Shown here piece by piece: positions 28,301 to 30,362 of a stretch of DNA of 30,362 nucleotides. Where the stretch lies: the NCBI GenBank assembly GCA_043783695.1, contig JAYVZC010000524.1, forward strand, positions 1-30,362, written 5' to 3'. Source of the stretch: Bacteroidota bacterium (GTDB lineage: Bacteria; Bacteroidota; Bacteroidia; 2-12-FULL-35-15). The notes beneath the pieces are model-generated. The model was not told the origin of the DNA, made no database searches, and was given only the letters and a program-made list of their open reading frames with translations. A program made the translations under genes and the position numbers. Within the stretch, counting starts at the first letter, position 1. Each line of letters begins with the position of its first letter.

Positions 28301-30014
28301 TCCATTTTGTTGCGTTGAAAAAATCGAGTGCATTTAACCGATGTTCTTCCATTCCGGTTGCAACGGGAAAAATATTCGGATCGAAAATAATATCTTGCGG
28401 AGGAAAATGAACTTTATCTACAAGCACATCATAAGCTCGTTTGCAAATATCAATTCTGCGTTGCAATGTATCTGCTTGTCCTTGTTCATCAAAAGCCATA
28501 ACAATTACAGCGGCACCGTATTGTTTTATTTTATTGGCTTGTTCAATAAATTTTTCTTCTCCTTCTTTTAAAGAGATGGAATTTACAATTGCTTTTCCTT
28601 GAACACATTTTAAGCCTGCTTCAATCACACTCCATTTAGAAGAGTCGATCATTATCGGCACTTTACTGATATCCGGTTCAGATGCAATGAGATTTAAGAA
28701 CTTGGTCATTGCTGCTTCACTGTCCAACATTCCTTCATCCATGTTCACGTCAATTACCTGAGCTCCACCATCTACTTGATCTTTCGCAATAGACAATGCC
28801 TCTTCGTAATTTCCTTCGTTGATCAAACGCAAGAATTTTTTGGAACCTGTAACGTTTGTCCGTTCACCCACATTCATAAAATTACTTTCGGGACGAAGTG
28901 TTAATGGTTCCAATCCGCTCAAGTGCATTAATGTATCGGCTGCAGGTATTTTACGAGGCTTTGACTCTTTTGCCAATTCAGCAATCCGTTTGATATGTTC
29001 AGGAGTTGTTCCACAACATCCACCAACAATATTTAAAAATCCGGCACGTAAAAAATCTTCGATCTGATGTCCCATTTCATGAGCATCCTGATCGTATTCA
29101 CCAAACTGATTGGGCAATCCTGCATTGGGATATGCACTTACATAAAAAGGAGCTTTGTTTGAAAGCTCTTCTAAATAAGGACGCATATCTTTTGCACCCA
29201 AAGCACAATTTAAACCAACGCTTAATAAATCGACATGTGAAATAGAATTTAAAAATGCTTCCGTAGTTTGTCCAGATAATGTTCTACCACTTGCATCGGT
29301 AATTGTTCCCGACACCATTACTGGCATCATAATATTTTTTTCTTTGCAAACATTTTGAATAGCAAACAAAGCTGCTTTTGCATTCAAAGTATCAAAAATG
29401 GTTTCAACCAATAACAAATCTGCACCGCCTTCAATCAATCCACGAGCTTGTTCTGAATAAGCAACAACTAACTCATCAAAAGTAGTAGCACGAAATCCTG
29501 GATCGTTTACGTTTGGAGAAAGTGAAAGCGTTCTGTTGGTCGGGCCAAAAGCTCCTGCCACAAATACCCCACCCCTGCCCTCCCCAAAGGGGAGGGAGTT
29601 GATTTCTGCTAAATATTCTGCAACGGCTTCTTTTGCAATTTTTGCTGACTCGTAATTTAATTCATAAGCAAGCTCTTGCATGTCATAATCCGCCATTGCA
29701 ATTGTAGTTGCACTAAAAGTATTTGTTTCAATAATATCAGCTCCTGCTTTTAGATATTCTTTATGAATGGCTTTAATAATTTGCGGTTGAGTTATCGACA
29801 ATAAATCGTTATTCCCTTTCAAGTCTTTATGCCAATCTGCAAAGCGTTTGCTTCTGAAATCTTTTTCTTCCAGCTTATATTGTTGAATCATGGTACCCAT
29901 TGCACCATCAATTACCAAAATGCGTTTTTCTAATTCTTTTTTTATATCAGACCCCTCTCTAGTTCTCTCCATTGGGGAGAGAGGGTTGCCTTCACTTATC
30001 TTTATCGTATTCAT
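25398..30014 (-). CDS. metH: B12-dependent methionine synthase with two in-frame DUF559 insertions
   Basis: [34 protein letters not shown], pterin domain, [20 protein letters not shown] and GIRPAPGYP motifs. At 1538 aa it is longer than the about 1230 aa typical of the family. Confidence 0.95.
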   Translation of the reverse strand: MNTIKISEGNPLSPMERTREGSDIKKELEKRILVIDGAMGTMIQQYKLEEKDFRSKRFADWHKDLKGNNDLLSITQPQIIKAIHKEYLKAGADIIETNTFSATTIAMADYDMQELAYELNYESAKIAKEAVAEYLAEINSLPFGEGRGGVFVAGAFGPTNRTLSLSPNVNDPGFRATTFDELVVAYSEQARGLIEGGADLLLVETIFDTLNAKAALFAIQNVCKEKNIMMPVMVSGTITDASGRTLSGQTTEAFLNSISHVDLLSVGLNCALGAKDMRPYLEELSNKAPFYVSAYPNAGLPNQFGEYDQDAHEMGHQIEDFLRAGFLNIVGGCCGTTPEHIKRIAELAKESKPRKIPAADTLMHLSGLEPLTLRPESNFMNVGERTNVTGSKKFLRLINEGNYEEALSIAKDQVDGGAQVIDVNMDEGMLDSEAAMTKFLNLIASEPDISKVPIMIDSSKWSVIEAGLKCVQGKAIVNSISLKEGEEKFIEQANKIKQYGAAVIVMAFDEQGQADTLQRRIDICKRAYDVLVDKVHFPPQDIIFDPNIFPVATGMEEHRLNALDFFNATKWIKENLPFAKVSGGVSNVSFSFRGNDHVREAIHGAFLYHAVKAGMDMGIVNPAQLQVYDDIDKTLLELVEDVLLNRRDDATERLVDHAESLKGITKEKAEKNEEWRKGTVEERLSHALVKGLVEYIDVDTEEARLKLGRPLHVIEGPLMDGMNVVGDLFGSGKMFLPQVVKSARVMKKAVAYLEPYLQAEKEKSLSLALSEGKGAAHRHDYETADPILYPLLKEFAEKHRSNPTEAENALWSLVKGKKLGEHKFRRQHIIGKYIADLVCLSKKLIIEIDGLIHQLPENIENDAQRTSWLEEKGYKVIRFTNEEVLVDTDNVLAKIKSFLDSKSSSSPLGRSGGARGRGKILMATVKGDVHDIGKNIVGVVLACNNYEIIDLGVMVSADKILEEAKKHDVDIIGLSGLITPSLDEMVHVAKEMERLGFKTPLLIGGATTSKVHTAVKIAQNYSGPVVHVNDASKSVPVASSLISDELRDAFMVEITKDYDRVREQNKNAQSQNKFISIAEARENKFPIDWNKTEIVKPSFIGNKVINDYPLSEIAEYIDWTPFFISWEMKGSYPKILKDPTRGEEARKLFDDAQAMLKKIIDEKWLKANAVIGIYPANQINSDDIEVYTDESRKEIKTTFHSLRQQTKKPAGQYNVALSDFVLPKDLTPSPSPKERGGVPRYHTADWENWSRNILHAKSMRKSPTPAEEKLWQELRNRKLESKFRRQHPIGQFIADFICIEEKLIVEVDGEIHNHQKEYDDGRTYMLEDIGYRVIRFSNKSVLTSIDEVIKKIKEELAPLSFGEGPGVRSDYIGSFALTTGIGIDEHVSRFEKDHDDYSAIMLKALADRLAEAFAELMHKKVRKEFWGYAKEENLKNEELIKEEYAGIRPAPGYPAQPDHTEKPTIWKLLDVEKNTGMILTESMAMFPTAAVSGLYFAHPQSHYFGIGKIKQDQVVDYAKRKGMSLDKAERWLGPNLAY
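25908..26343 (-). mobile_element. Putative DUF559 endonuclease cassette B with 36-bp terminal inverted repeats, in frame in metH
   Basis: Inverted repeats at 25908-25943 and 26308-26343 match at 35 of 36 positions. The interior encodes PTPAEEKLW...[15 protein letters not shown]...[10 protein letters not shown]...GYRVIRFSN. The mobility is inferred. Confidence 0.8.
27264..27725 (-). mobile_element. Putative DUF559 endonuclease cassette A flanked by inverted family 1 hairpins, in frame in metH
   Basis: Hairpins CCTCCCC-AAA-GGGGAGG (27285-27301) and CCCTTTCC-TTC-GGAAAGGG (27694-27712) in inverted orientation. The interior encodes PTEAENALW...[15 protein letters not shown]...[10 protein letters not shown]...GYKVIRFTN. 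Confidence 0.78.
29566..29597 (+). repeat. Solo family 1 hairpin, in frame in metH
   Basis: ACCCCACCCCTGCCCTCCCCAAAGGGGAGGGA, translated on the minus strand as [11 protein letters not shown]. Confidence 0.88.
29950..29985 (+). repeat. Degenerate solo family 1 hairpin in the metH N-terminal extension
   Basis: GACCCCTCTCTAGTTCTCTCCATTGGGGAGAGAGGG with stem TCTCTCC/GGAGAGA, translated as [12 protein letters not shown]. Confidence 0.7.
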
Positions 30015-30038
30015 ATTGCGGTTGTTCTATAAAGCAGT

Positions 30039-30177
30039 TTAGTGTAGTTCTCCGTAGTATAACTTTATATCATACTCAATTGTAACTTGTCCCTTTTCAG
30101 CAAAGCGAGTAAATATTTTTTTTCAAAACGCTCATCATAAAATTAAAATTCTTATGTCCTTCTGTAGACATATAAGA
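30039..30177 (-). pseudogene. Remnant C-terminus of a class I SAM-dependent methyltransferase
   Basis: Manual translation SYMSTEGHKNFNFMMSVL, then a +1 frameshift in an A8 run, then KKIFTRFAEKGQVTIEYDIKLYYGELH*. An upstream in-frame stop is present. The family assignment is from recalled similarity only. Confidence 0.55.
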
Positions 30178-30211
30178 TTATTTGAAAAGCGATTTAATGT
30201 GTTCCTATAAT

Positions 30212-30246
30212 CTCACTCTAATCCTCTCCTTGCAAAAGGAAAGGGA
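30212..30246 (+). repeat. Degenerate family 1 hairpin in the metH leader
   Basis: CTCACTCTAATCCTCTCCTTGCAAAAGGAAAGGGA; 8 of 9 stem positions pair. Confidence 0.6.
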
Positions 30247-30248
30247 AT

Positions 30249-30285
30249 AAAAAAAACTCCTCTCACTTTTACAGTCAGAGGAGTT
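30249..30285 (-). terminator. Intrinsic terminator of the riboswitch expression platform
   Basis: Minus strand AACTCCTCT...AGAGGAGTT followed by a U-run. Confidence 0.8.
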
Positions 30286-30324
30286 ATATAATTTTGTTTT
30301 TTATTTTCAAAAAAATTACTCTGA

Positions 30325-30362
30325 CTTATCTGTTCTCACAATTAAGTGAGACAGGAATTAGC
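30325..30362 (-). ncRNA. SAM-I (S-box) riboswitch, 3' part, truncated by the window edge
   Basis: Minus strand GCTAATTCC-TGTCTCAC-TTAATT-GTGAGAACA-GATAAG matches the J3/4, P4 and P1-3' pattern. It lies upstream of metH with a downstream terminator. Confidence 0.75.

Noticed and set aside
1455-29245. The many 60-107 aa ORFs overlapping long genes
   Set aside because: They are antisense or alternate-frame shadows with no independent support.

Overview
AT-rich Bacteroidota chromosomal segment (T9SS type-B cargo proteins, TAnnTTTG -7 promoters) with mostly housekeeping and envelope genes: two CHU_C/PKD surface proteins, a TPR-PP2C protein, LD-carboxypeptidase, M20 dipeptidase, LEA-2 lipoprotein, MtfA-like peptidase, YyaL, tsaB, an MFP/TolC pair, an IGHMBP2-like helicase, a WG-repeat protein, padR plus a membrane partner, and metH under a SAM-I riboswitch cut by the right edge. 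The main signal is that metH (1538 aa, about 300 aa longer than usual) carries two in-frame DUF559 (Vsr-like) endonuclease cassettes. Each is bracketed by inverted GC-rich hairpin repeats, and neither has intein motifs. Two more solo copies of the same hairpin are translated inside MetH, and four further copies lie elsewhere in the window. This suggests a nuclease-plus-REP mobile system that invades protein loops in frame. A second, unrelated palindromic repeat family is translated in frame inside tsaB. I cannot search databases, so novelty is not established; all alignments were done by eye.
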